A stretch of DNA of 64,000 nt, taken from positions 205,289,741 through 205,353,740 of the forward strand of contig CM041465.1 of NCBI GenBank assembly GCA_023213395.1. The letters are read 5' to 3'. Both the position numbers and the translations under genes were made by a program. Under the pieces are notes generated by a model. That model did no database searches. It saw nothing but the letters and a program-made list of their open reading frames with translations, and was not told the DNA's origin. This document shows, one piece after another, positions 26,701 through 39,877 of this stretch. Origin of the DNA: Cycas panzhihuaensis. Its lineage: Eukaryota > Plantae > Cycadophyta. Within the stretch, counting starts at the first letter, position 1. Each line of letters opens with the position of its first letter.

Positions 26701-27499
26701 GACCTTCCAAACTAAGCAAAAATTAAGGCCTTATCATAGGAATAATTCTTATTAAGATTATCACTTTCACACATGCTAATGGGTATCTTAAATGCTGTCA
26801 CCTAGCTATCAATCTATAGAGTGAGGGACCTAAGGTAATTGAAACCTTGTAGATATAATGAGAACCTAAGTAGACTTAGAGAGGGTGAGTTCCATGGTTG
26901 TTCTAAATAAAAAACCATTAGTTAAAAGATATTATTTTTGGACTAATATGCTCAAGGTTCACCTAGTGTCCCAATAGGGATGCATAATTGCATCTAGTAC
27001 TTAAGCCTCAAACAACATCGTCTTAACATTAGGAACTATAGTTATATTAGAGATTTCTTATTTCATTAGGCCCCATTTTGTGAAATAATATTTACACACA
27101 TCTCTAACTTATCATATCCATTCAAATTAGAGAATCTATTTCCCATTTGGGAAGGAGGGCATTGAGTTACATTTGAGATATCCCATTCCATTATCTTAGG
27201 GTAAAGGCTATGTACCTTTCTCTTGAGACATAATGCATACACCCCATCCCCACAGTGAAACCAATCAAATTATAATCTTGAAATATATGGATTGATCTTG
27301 TGACAAATGAATTTAGTAGAGATATTATCATTAGTTTTAAAATAAGTGGTTATAAGCCCCAAACAAATATTGTATGAGGAAGTTATACCAATTTGAAGTA
27401 CACTATATTAAATACAAATTTTAGGAGGTTAAATTTATTTTAAATTATTAGTTTTTATTAAGGCCAACTCTATCTTAAAATAATATGATATTTTAGAAA

Positions 27500-27660
27500 G
27501 AATTTAATATGTAACTATATAAAAGGAGTGGTTGGGTAATTTGGAAGGTTAAGCATTTGGAGTTTATATGTTCTCTTCACTCCTTCTAGGGGAGGTGTTA
27601 TTTTAAAGGGTTCCTTTATATCAAAGAGGGATAATTTATTGTAGAAGATATTATATTATA
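27500..27660 (+). repeat. LTR-like segment homologous to the reverse complement of about 43530-43680 (E0 LTR family)
   Basis: aactatataaaaggagtggttgggtaatttggaaggttaagcatttggagtttat vs aaccatatataataagtgctaagtcatttagaagcttaagattttggagtttat. Contains a TATA-like box. Confidence 0.5.
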
Positions 27661-28179
27661 TTTATAACTGTTTAATAAAGATAAGTTATATTATTAGATG
27701 CTATTTTATTTTATTGTGAAGTTATCATATCTATTATTATTTTATTTCTTTGCATAGTACGATATTTTCTATTATTTTAAGTTAATATATATCAAAGTTA
27801 TTATTGGAAATATTTATCTTTCATTTTTAGATATATATTATTTTTTGAATTTTTTGTTACTATTTACTATTGGAATTAATGAGTGGACTTATAAGGTCCA
27901 CCATAAGCAACATGTGATTGTGATCTTAATTAATTAGGGTTTAAAATAAAAGAACTATAATTTAGGCAATGAAAAGTATAGAATTTTAAAAATATAACTA
28001 TAGGGTTGAGATAGCTAAACTTGCACCACTAAGTGATTATACTACATGCTTTGAAGTAGAATTATAGATGTTTTGATGATTTTAATTAAGGCTTATATCT
28101 AGTCATCATTTTTAAGGCAAAAAATCAACTACTATAAATTATAATAACTATATATGTCCTATTATCCTTAATTTTTTTA

Positions 28180-28930
28180 TAATTAGGTGTGTCTTTCCAT
28201 CAAAAGTGATTTTTACTAAATTAGATATTAGGATAAAAAGTTACCAATTTGTTTTTAAAGGTACTACTACTATCCACAAGACCATCATTTTTTTATCAAC
28301 TTTAAGAGGTGACTAAAGTCTATAGGTCCTTAAATTGCCTTAAAATAGATTTATTTGAACTATTTCTTTTACTCCCTTTCTATCATTGGGGATAATATTT
28401 AATATTTTTAATAAGAATTTAATATATTTTAATTTTAGTGGTAAAAATCTATTTTTTCCTCAAATTTCTATAAATTTCTATTAATATTTTTTAAATTTTA
28501 CCAAATTCCTTTTTGATATTCATGAAAATTTGATAAAATGCAAGTATCAATTTTTTAATACAAATATGAAGAGCCATTTTAATATTCTACTTTTCATTAG
28601 GGTCAATACAATTTGACCCATATAATAGATGGATCATATAGAGGAAATTTATAATTTATGGCATATTTAAATAAAAATTAATTTTAGGCCACTTGAATCA
28701 CATTTGGAAGGAGAGGTTGATGATTAGTGCATTAGCGAGTATAAGAAGATCCTTGCATTTTATATTTAGAAGCTCTTTTTAATAGACCCCCTTAAGAAAT
28801 TTGATATATAATATTAGGAAGAATGGAGCCAATAATGGCATGATAATCCTCTCTTAAGTGTTAAGGATGAATATCAAAATAGGCAAAAAGGAAAAATACT
28901 TTGTTAAATTTATGAGATGGGTTAGAGGAA
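28180..28930 (+). mobile_element. Highly degenerate Ty3/Gypsy-type RT/RNase H remnant
   Basis: VIFTKLDIRIKSYQF...HKT resembles FTKLDLRSGYHQ...KTAF. Later KRKNTLLNL resembles GKENxxADALSR. Confidence 0.4.
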
Positions 28931-30209
28931 ATAGCAACCATATTAGAATACTATTTGGACAAAACCAATATCAAGTTTCAAGAAGCATGTAAATTAGAAT
29001 CCAAAAGACTAAAGGATATACACAATAAATACATCATAGAGGAAAATCCTATTTATAATAAATCTAAAGAGAAATAAAGTAGTATGCATAAACTGAGTAA
29101 GGAAGTATATACATTGAAGCAGTATGAAAATGAATCAGCTATAAAATTTGAGTAGAATGTCAACTTAAATTAGGTAACTATTATGAGTTCAAATCCTACT
29201 TTATATACATCCATTTAGTTTAGTTATCTTATAATTTTACTTGAATTTCCATGTCACATAGCTTTATAGAATCCCATACTCCCTATGTACTAGGGATCCA
29301 CTATTGATGCCAAACCTAAACTCTTCAGATCTAACCTTTTTATAGGGAAAATCATGATCTTCCTTAATGTCATATGATGTGATTCTTATACACGAGGGGT
29401 AAGGAGGAGGGTGGGGTTGGGTAAGTTATTTTCTATGAATAAAATAGGCACACACTTAATAAAAATCCATTGAGCATTATCACCAAGATCTTTCAAAGGG
29501 ATATGACTTTAACATTCATAAAGATAATAACCCAAAAGTATATAAGAAGGTGTAAGAACATTTACATTACACAAAGAGGATTATAAACATACATGAGCCC
29601 TTCAGTCATACATTATAATTTGGACTTCTTTATATACCCTCTCAATAAATATATGACAACTTACTAATAGACTATGATACCTTTATTAATAATTCTACAT
29701 ATTACACATCTACTATGCTTCCATTTGCATGTGTATTATCTCCATCAATACTTTTACAGACTTATTTGTATAGATCTCCTTTTACAACTCTCCTTCTCCC
29801 TCTTTCTTCTACTCTCTTCAAAGTTTTTCCTTAAGTCATACTCTTTTAAATTTGTAATAGTTCAACTTCTAGAATTTTTGTATGCTCATGAGTATTAATA
29901 ATTCATAACCCTAATATATCACCACTTTACATATTCATAAATTCATTATTTCATGAACACTCAGTTTTATGACCCCTACATTTTTGTAGATTCTCACAAC
30001 CTTGAAAACTTACCATTACATAAACTATTACTCATAGACCTCTAGTTTGCATCCTACAACTTCCTCCTTTCTTGAAGCTTCCTAATTCATGGAAACTTTA
30101 ACTTTATGAACTATTTTCCTCATGTGATCCTTGTAATGTTATGCCTTTCATGAATTCCATATTTCACAACTTCATAGACTTACCATCCCATAACTTATAT
30201 CTTTGCTAA

Positions 30210-31105
30210 ACCAAGGGATGGTATTAAGACCTCATTTAGGACATTTCATATCAAAGCAATTGTGTTAAAAATAGAATTAGGAATGTGAAAGTTTATAAAA
30301 TAAAGAGACAAGAAAGATATTATGTAGGACTATAAGGAAACAAGAATTAGTACTAACATTGAAGGAACTTGAAATATTATAATTTATAGTTGAAGAATTA
30401 GAGAAAGATAAAACCATGAGATACAAAGTCCTTAAAATGATTAATAAAGATTTATTGATAAGTTATAATCATCAATAGAGTTGTAGGAAGTATTTAGTAG
30501 TAAAATATGTTATTATAGAATTTTAAGGAAGCCATGTAAGATGCAAGGTTTGTTGGAGAAGTTAGAGCACTAGTCCCTGAAGGATGCTAAGAAGGTAGAT
30601 TTTGTTATACTGAGATTGACAAGAGATGTTATAATATTATGGAAGCATATGCAAGATAAGAGAAAAAAGAAGGGTAAATGGAAGACCAAGGCATAGAATA
30701 AGATGATAAATAGAGTTATAAGTTTTAAAATGATGAGGAGGAAGAGGATGCATTTATTTATATAGGAAGAGGTATGCAGGAGGTCACATAAGGTAATATT
30801 ACACTAAGGTGAGCTAAGTATCCATTGGTGTTATAGACTTTTGTTCCATTGGCAAAGGAAGCATATGTAAATGAGATAAAGATGATTTATTATAGACCAG
30901 TCTTAAGGGAGATCAAGATCCCTTGATGATTAAGAGGATGAAGAGGATTAAAGGAAGTTCATAACTTAGGTTAAGACTTACATGATGTGAGTAGTTCATA
31001 TAATTATAATCCACACAAATGAGGAAGTTGCAAGAAAGGAAGAAGTCACAGAATGCAAAGCTAAGGTGTACAAGTAGTAGTTCACAAAATGATAAGTTTA
31101 ATAAT
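30210..31105 (-). mobile_element. Inverted degenerate Copia-like segment
   Basis: Purine-rich block between pyrimidine-rich flanks. The reverse complement of about 30980-31100 resembles 30005-30120. YFL..IDDY (integrase-like) on the minus strand near 30455-30495. Confidence 0.45.
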
Positions 31106-31906
31106 GTATCCCCTTGCACGAGCCTCACAACTTTGTGTCTTTTATTAATTCTACACTTTGTAACTTCATGGACATACCATACTATAACTTGTCTCTTTGC
31201 TACTTCTCTTTTTTTATAGACTTTCACTATGTGAGCTTACCATCCCATGCCCCTCACTTTGCAAACATATACCATTGTTATCATATAACTTTACAAGCTT
31301 ATCCTCATGAACTTCTAGCCCACTACTTGAAGGAAAAATATGCATGGAGGATAGGACAGAACATAAAAGAGATAATCTTAAATCAATACATCATTTTTGT
31401 GTAAACATGAGAGCCATTGTATTCAATCCATTGTAGTGAAGAGAGTTATAAATGTCCAAGATTGTAGGCAGTGTCTAAAGGCACCAGGGTTGCATACCCC
31501 TTAAATTATATAGTTTGGGGGAGGAGGGAAACTCTTAAACCTCTAAAATTTAAATAATAATAAAATAATACAAACTTAACTCAAATTAACTAAACTTATA
31601 TTATACTTACCTACATATGTTGAGCACTGACATGTATAAATTGATGAAGATGAGGTGTGCACTCCTGGTTAGAAGGTGGGAGAGGGGTGATGAGATTCTC
31701 CTCCTTAATGGTCATCATGAACAATGTCTTCTCTTTAAACTTATAGAATTTGTACTTGAAAAAAACTTTAAAATTCTATCTCTTAACTTAATCTTTATTA
31801 ACTTGCTCCAACCTTCTAGCAACATGTGTCCTTCTATTATGAAGTGGTGTAAAAAATCTATAAGTGAATGTAGTTACAAAAAAGTTGTAAGTAAATGAAG
31901 CTTGAT

Positions 31907-32480
31907 TCAAATATATATATATGTAGTTGAAACTTTGAATTTGTCAACTGGAACATTAAGAAAACTTTGAACTTGAACTTTATTTTTTGAAAACTTTGTA
32001 TTGTGAACAACTGTCATATCATCATATCTCTTCTCTATCATATTATAAGATTCATTCTCCCTCTCAAATGGAGGATTAGGTTCTTGTGTAATAAGTTGAT
32101 CATGCATTTGATCAAAATCTTCCTTGGTTTTGTCATTACAAATTACCTGTTCTGGCACCTGTCTTACATGCTCAACAAAATCAACATCAAATACATTGAG
32201 GGTATCTCCCCTATAAGCAGAAATCAAAACATCCCATACGGATTTAGAAGTAGTTAATTCACAAACTTTAGAAAAAAATATCATCATTCATAGTGCAAAA
32301 TATTAAAGCTAATGCTTTATTATCTTTTTTAATATTTTCATTAATATTAACATCATAGTCATCTTGTACATATTTCAAAAGATCATGTGTAATAAAATAA
32401 TCTTGCATTGTCCTATGCCATTGTGAAAAATTATGGCCATTAAATGTAGAAAATTACACTTGATCATGATTGATTGTCAT
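31907..32480 (-). pseudogene. gag: Copia gag (DUF4219/UBN2-type N-terminus) of the TR-GAG-like element
   Basis: FNGHNFSQWHRTMQDYFITHDL...DNKALALIFCTMNDDIFSKVCELTTSKSVWDVLISAY. One stop, and frameshifts. Confidence 0.8.
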
Positions 32481-34140
32481 TTTACAAAAAACTTTAGTAC
32501 ATAAAAGGAAATATATTTTTACTAAGTCAAAAAGGTCAATAAGCCAATGAACATATATGATTTCAAATAACATTTTTGAAAGAAATGTAATGCCCTTTGG
32601 AAAGTGAATGTAAATAAGGAAATGACCTTTTAAATAAGGATGAATAAAATATGCCTTTCAAATAAATAACAAACTTATAAGATCTAATTTCAGATAGAAT
32701 TTTGAAATATAATGAATGTATAAGTAAATATTGAATATAACTAAGATCCTCTTAATTAGGTCTAAATTCAAACTTTAAAGATGAAAAAATAAAAGTTCTT
32801 AAGATAATCCTATTAGGATATACTTAAATGCTTAAGTTTAGCAGCTTCAAAGCTATATTAAACTATATCAGAATAAAGAAAAACTTTACCAATACGAAGA
32901 TTAATGAAATGCCTATTCAATGGAACTGATCGTTTTAAAAACGGGTTTCTATAAGTTAAGATTTGAATGAACCAAAGGTATAGGCCTCTTTTTAAGGATT
33001 AACAGGAGCCTAGGACTTAAAATAGTATACAAATGTTAATAAAAAATATATATAATGTTGTAAAATAATCCATTATAGTTTAGAAATTTGTTTACTATAT
33101 TTTCAGCTGAAAAGTTTTTAGAAATAATATATAAAAAGTGTGTAATAATGGCAGGTTAAAGTCTATTAAGTACCTCTACTTTAATGCTTTTGAAAACTAG
33201 GAAAAACACCTCAAAACTTATAAAAAATAATGTCAGTTCAAAGAGGAGTAAGTTAGCTTCCTAAAAAAATTAGTGAAATTGAATTCTGATGTAAAATTGA
33301 AAAGTTATAGTAAAATTAATGATAAGTACTTTTATGGTAAAAAGTTTAAAAGGTGTTGAAAAATACTAAAGTGTCACTTTGGTCGATTTAAATAATGATT
33401 AAAATAATTCTTAAAAAATAAATTAAGTAGATGGTAATGAAGTTTGTTGATAGTAGTCAACTACAGAATAGATACAGGTGGAAAGTAGTCTTCCGGTGAT
33501 AAGATACAATCTGTTAAAAAAATGATTTTGTAAAAAGGTTTAAAATAGCTTCAAAATTGAATGATCGACTTTAAACTAACTGAAATAGGGTCAAATCAAC
33601 TCCAAATAGGTCGTATAACTAGTCAAAATAAATTTTAGAAAATTTCAGATGTAATGGGATTAGTTTTGTTAGCAACTGATGACCTAGTGAAATGTTATGG
33701 CAAAAAAATGCCAATTACCCTATGTAAAATGAAAAGTTAGAAAAATAAAAAGGAAAAAAAATTATAAACTTTTGTTGGCCCCTTTAATGATAAGTTAAGG
33801 TCATGTGAGGGCTTTAGGTGGTTAAGGGCTCGAGTGTAAAGGGGCTAATATTTTTAAAACATGGATTTAAAAATTTATATATTATAATTCAAATTTTTGA
33901 AAACTTTATAAAAAATGAATAAAGTATTTTTGTTGTTAAATTGTCGTCATTGCGTCGTGCATGCGTAGATGCCTATCACATAGTCATGCCTATCACGTGG
34001 TCACACCTACTCCACTCCTAAGCTATGCTTCGTCGCCCTCCTATGTTGCTACTAGACCAAATGTGAAGGATCTTTGCAGTAGATCAATAAGGACAGTGTC
34101 AAATGAGAGATGCCAATAAGGATCTCTCCAAATCTCAGAT

Positions 34141-34563
34141 ACGGGTAGGTTCGAGTTTATTTCTACAAATAAAATGTGGACTTTAATAGTAGGGGATTTA
34201 GGATTTGATTTGCAATGTGCATCATCACTTAAATTAGTGTATGCAAAGTACTTAAAATTGATGGATAGATGGCTAGAAAGAGTAAGCAATCAAAGAACTA
34301 ATGGGGTGGATTTAGGTCATCCAGATAAGAAGAGGAATGGTCAAAATCTTTCGTCATCAAATTTGAAGTAGGATGTTGGATTTCATCTTGGTGAATTTCT
34401 TCAAGATGGGGGGCTTCAGAAATCACCCACTGTTTTATCAGACAATGATGGGCAAAACTTTTGCGAGATGGATTTAGTTAAAGAAAATAATAATGACAGG
34501 CAACCTACTTCAAGTGGCAAGAAGAGGAATGATTCTCTATTGGGTATGTTGGACTAGATTATT
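34141..34563 (+). pseudogene. Captured ARID1/2-like fragment, copy 2
   Basis: NKMWTLIVGDLGFDLQCASSLKLVYAKYLKLMDRWLE...[15 protein letters not shown]. Confidence 0.7.
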
Positions 34564-34646
34564 ATGGAACAGTTTCAGAACTGTATGATTTCATTAAGGT
34601 AAAAGAGAGAAAATTAGAGTTAGTTGAGTTAGAGTCCCTCGACAAT

Positions 34647-34819
34647 GGAAAACCTCTAGAAGTTGCATGGGATATGGATGACATTGCAGGTTGTTTTGAG
34701 TACTATGTAGACCTTGGGGAGGCTTTGGATTTGTGATTTTTACTGAGGATGGAGTGGTAGATCAGGTTTCTTGAAGGTCACATGAAATCCTTAGGCATAA
34801 GTTTGCAATAGATAGTGCT
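34647..34819 (+). pseudogene. Captured RRM fragment, copy 2
   Basis: [32 protein letters not shown] at 34721-34819. Confidence 0.8.
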
Positions 34820-35519
34820 AAACTAGTTCTTATTAGGGAATTTAAAGGTTTGATAGCAGGAGTTTGAATAATTTAAGATGAGGATTTGTAGACCTCTATG
34901 GAAAGGTGCAATTCAATTCTTCATGAAGGAATATGACAAAGCTTTACAACAAAATATTACAATGTATGACAAACTGTCATAATTTATTCTTTCTTCTCCA
35001 CTAGTAAGGGTTCTGTATGAATATTATATTTGGTTTGTTTTAGATACAAGTTGATCCAGTATTTGTGCTAAAATGTAAAAAAAAATTGTGCATACAAAGT
35101 AAGCTGCAAGACTTGCTTATTCTTTATTTATTTTTTTTTTGTTTTCTGTTTACTTTCTTCTATTCTTCATATTATTCTTTCTTTTCACTTAAGATCGAAA
35201 GACTTGCTCCTTATATGGGCTTGATACAAATGCATGCAAGGGTGTATAAGAACACAAATAATCCAATTGTTTTTCTTCTTTCAACAGCGGGACTCACACA
35301 TGTAGTCAGGAATCTTTGACAAAGAGTAGTTATTGTTGCCACATATAATCAATTTGTAGAATATTCAAGAGATTTCTACAATAATCTAGTTGGTTGTTTT
35401 CATGCTTTCAACCTTGCAATAGGTTATAAAAAAAATATCGGGCTCATCTAATCTCACCACCACACAGGCTCTCAAGGCCTACATGCAAATGGATCAAATG
35501 TATAAATATAGCAAAAAAA

Positions 35520-35565
<46 letters not shown>

Positions 35566-38500
35566 GAGTATTGTGTTTGAAATCTTTCAAATATACTTTG
35601 AGGTTTCACAAAATAATTCTTCAAATAATAACAGTAAAAGACATTCAATGGAAGAATATAACCATACAATAGAATCACAATAAAATCAAGAAATGTTTTT
35701 AGATATTAACAAAAATATGTCAAATAAATGAAATGCATATGTACTTATATTTGAAAGTTTTCAAATATGTTGGAGCAGATATATCAGAGAGCTAAGAAAT
35801 ATATATATATATATATATGAAGAACCTACTAAATAGTTATAGTAGACTTCCAATAGAAAATAAACTTCCAAAGATGAATTCTATTGTATATGCTTCTCTA
35901 GAAAGCTTAATATGCCCCAAAAACTTATAGATCTAAAAAATGAACTTGAAAATATAGTCAAATATATGATAAAATAAGCAGATCTAAAAGAAAATTTTAA
36001 TAAATATTATAGATTTAAAGTAAATATTACAGATTTATAACTAATATTACAGATCTAAAATAAATCAAGCAGAAAATTGTGAAATACTTAATAAAATAAA
36101 CAAATCTAAAAGAAAACTTTAATAAATATTACAGATCTGAAATAAGTATAGCAGATCTAAAGTAAATATTACAGATCTGAAATAAATAAACTAGAAAATC
36201 ATGAAATAATTCATAAAATAAGTAGATCTGAATAAAATAAACCAAAAAATTATCAAATATTTAAAAAAAGAGCAAATCTGAAGGATATATAGCAGATCTA
36301 AAGAAAACTTTGAGTAAATATTACTTGCAGTTGAAATCCTACGTAGATCTAAAAAAATATTAGATAAACAGATAAAATATACTTGAAAAATGTTAAATAT
36401 ATGATAAAAATATATTAAACTTATTAATAAAACCTCTTGTAGAGTGATAAAACTTAATATTTACTATTTTTCAGTTATGCACCTATATAAATTTGAAGAA
36501 AATCTAAAATATGTTTATTATATCATAAGTATATCTTCAAAAATAATCAAATCTGATAAAAAAATATAAGAAACTGCTGACAAAACTTGTAGAAAATGAA
36601 TATAACCGATACTTCTTACTTGTGAGTAAATTTGTTGTAGATATCAATAAATCTTCTTACTTCTTCAAAGAAAACTTCAACAATGGATGATAAACCTGCT
36701 CTGATAACAAATAAAGGAAATAATGGAGCTAAACCAAGCTCTAATACCAAATGAAGGAAAATTATGCATGGAGAACATGGCAGAACATAAAAGAGATAAT
36801 CTTAAATTGATACATCATTGTTGCACAAACATGAGATCCATTGTATTCAATCCATTATAGTGAATAGAGTTACAAATGTCTAATATTATAGGTGGTGTCT
36901 AAAGACACCAGGGTTGCACACCCCTCAAATTATATAGTTTGGGGGAGGAGGGAAACTCCTCAACCCCTAAAATTTAAATAATAATAAAATAATACAAACT
37001 TAACTCAAAATAAACTTAAATCAAATTAACTAAACTTACCTTATACTTACCTACACATGTTGAGCACCCACATGTGTAAATTGATGAAGATGAGATGTGC
37101 ACTCCTAGTTGGAAGGTGGAAGAGGGGTGATGAGCATTAACCCTAGCACTGCTTTTCCTCATTATCTTGATGTTGGACTTCCACTACCACTACATATCTT
37201 AGGTATGCAAGATGTTGGCACATGTCCTAATTAGATGACTAATAACCACTTTGTGTGAGCCCACATTATGTCTTCACCTAATCTTCAACATTCTTTGTGT
37301 GATATAAATAAATGAATAACTATGTTATAAACTTCCTCTTGTGTCACCATGTGTCTAATCTAATGGCTCTCATTCTCTTTATATCTCACTCCCTCATGAA
37401 TCATTCTAATTTCCAACACTTCTCTTAATGCTTTAAACAGGTAAAAGGCTCTATTACAAACATCCTTAAATACAACCATGTGTTTAATAATCAATAGTCA
37501 TGATTCTTTCTATGTATTGTTGCCTCATGAATATCCATTTCATGGCCTTTCATCTCCTTAACACCTTCCTTTAGTGAGAATACATTTTGTGATATATAAA
37601 CTCATAATGCTTTTATCATATGGCTTATTAAAACTTTGTCATGTGTTATCATTTTGCAACACTTTATTCCATGCTTTCACTCTCTCATAAGGATCATCAA
37701 CTCGCAATCTTGCTTATTAATAACTTGCCAACTCATCATTTCATGAACCATTCCAACATGAATGTCTATCTTACTAACTTGCACCTCTAATGTCTTATCC
37801 CCAACTACCTTCTTAGTAAAATTCTATCCCATAAATCTCATTCTTATGAAACCTTCTCCTCATAGATTCTTCCATTAAGATTCCTTCTCTTCATAAATTA
37901 TTCTCTCTATAAGTTATTATCTCACTAATGTCCATCTTTGTAGACTTTAGCTAAAACCCTATTCATGGTAAAATACTAATCCTTAAAGTTCCTCTGTAGT
38001 GAAACTTCATTCTTATGAAGATCACCAAACTATTACCTTTGTTGTTGTTAACTAGAAATTAATCTTCCACTTATAGACTATAAATAGTTGCAATGATGAT
38101 CCTATATTATCACCCTTTCCTCATCTTCCTTAGTTAGCAATTTATCCATTAAGAGGTGTCCAATTGAAATAATACATCCTTTGTATTGTCATGATGTCAT
38201 CCATCCTCTTTTTAAATTCCCACTCTTTGTATCCCCTAATTATGTTATTGTATATTTTCTTTATCATTACAATGTCTTATTTTCTCTCTCTCCACCTCCT
38301 AAATTATCTTATAAGCCATCTCCTTACCATCAACTAAATATTTTACTCTATGGCCTTACTTCTAACCTAATTCATTCTTATGTTCCATCTTCATTATCCC
38401 CCACAATTTTCTTCCCAATATTCTTCTATATAGGATACTCATCATACAAATCATCTCTCATTCTCTATCCTTTCCATATTGATTCCACACACGAATCATG

Positions 38501-39501
38501 TCATAACCTCATTGATAACCTATATCAACCTCTTAACCAGCATCCACACTTCAATTTCCACCTCCAACATCCCCCACTCTTACCTTTATAAATCACTTGT
38601 TAATCACCCTATCAACCTTCTTCTAGTTTCTATCTCCCACACATTCCCCTCTTCCTCCTAACCTTGCTTATCTCTCACTAATGTCTCATTAGCCTTCAGT
38701 TTTTGTATATCCTTACTATAAAATTTATATCCATATTAAATAATTATAATATTCCCATTTTCTTATCACTCCTTATTTTTTGTTGGGGATTTTTCATACC
38801 CTATTATCCCTTATTTTTTCCTTAAAGCCCCATGCTTCTAGGCTCTAAATCACTCTCTTAGGCCACATCCCTTTCTCTTAACCCATCATCTCTTTAGATT
38901 CTTTACACCTCATCTCTACTTATGTTCCTCCATAAACTTATTATTCATATAGGATTCCTATCCTACAAACCAATCCCATTCATGTCTATAAGAACATGAT
39001 TGTACTTCTTAATCTTCACCTTGTATTCACTATTCTTTTTTTCCAACTGACCTCTAATTTTCAAAACTAAATTCCCATGGATGTCATATGGAAATAAGAT
39101 ATAATAACTCAAGGAGGAGGAACCGATAACCCATAAGTCCTAGGATCTATTTATTGCTTTGAGAAGATGGTATAAAGATGGCTTAAGCTCTTATGATATA
39201 TTATCCTTATAACTAGTGGATTTAAAAAATATGTACCTCTCCCATGTTTTATAGGTGACACATTTTGAGAGGGGGGAATATCATGGATCTAATAAGACAA
39301 AGTAGGATAAGTAATTAATTATAGTATCAAGAGACATTAAAATTATAGAATATATTAGTCAACATGTTAAAGAGATGCTATCATTACTAAAATAGCAAAA
39401 GGAAGACACTTTAATGGAAAAGTATCTTAAGAAGAGAGGAACTAGTATATGCTTACCCCTTCTAATAGACCAAGGCATATTTAAAAAGAAGATAATATTT
39501 A

Positions 39502-39877
39502 TGTCAAAACATCTAATGACCCCTTCATTACTTATAATTTGTATGCATGTATAATCATGTATATATGTGTGACCCCCGATTGTAAATTTAATTATAATAT
39601 AAATATTGGTTGGGTCCACCACCTTTGTCAATATGTCAACTAATGATATTGTTATATTTGTGCATTATATACTTATAAATTAAGAACCTCACTATTTATT
39701 TATATATTAAAGAATATTACATGTGGAAGATCTACTGAAATAGAGATGCATGGTGCAACCAATTTATCTGTAGTGAACTTGCATTGCATATTTGGATTTA
39801 TATTTGATGTTTAATATACTTTCTTAAGATATTTGATTGTATATATATTGATTTAGATCATGTTACTCAATTTAACA
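39502..39877 (+). mobile_element. 5' LTR of Copia E1 (copy 2)
   Basis: tgtcaaaacatctaatgacccc...tttaaca, preceded by attta at 39497-39501. Inverted partner of 43927-44303. Confidence 0.85.

Larger units (their letters stand above)
31328..37148 (-). mobile_element. Complete gag-only (TR-GAG-like) non-autonomous Copia-type LTR element
   Basis: 5' LTR 36752-37148 and 3' LTR 31328-31695 (lacking about 13 nt at its PPT-proximal end). PBS (reverse complement) 36738-36749, PPT (reverse complement) ttctcctccttaa 31696-31708. TSD ctact (31323-31327) vs ctgct (37149-37153). No protease, integrase or RT found. Confidence 0.85.
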
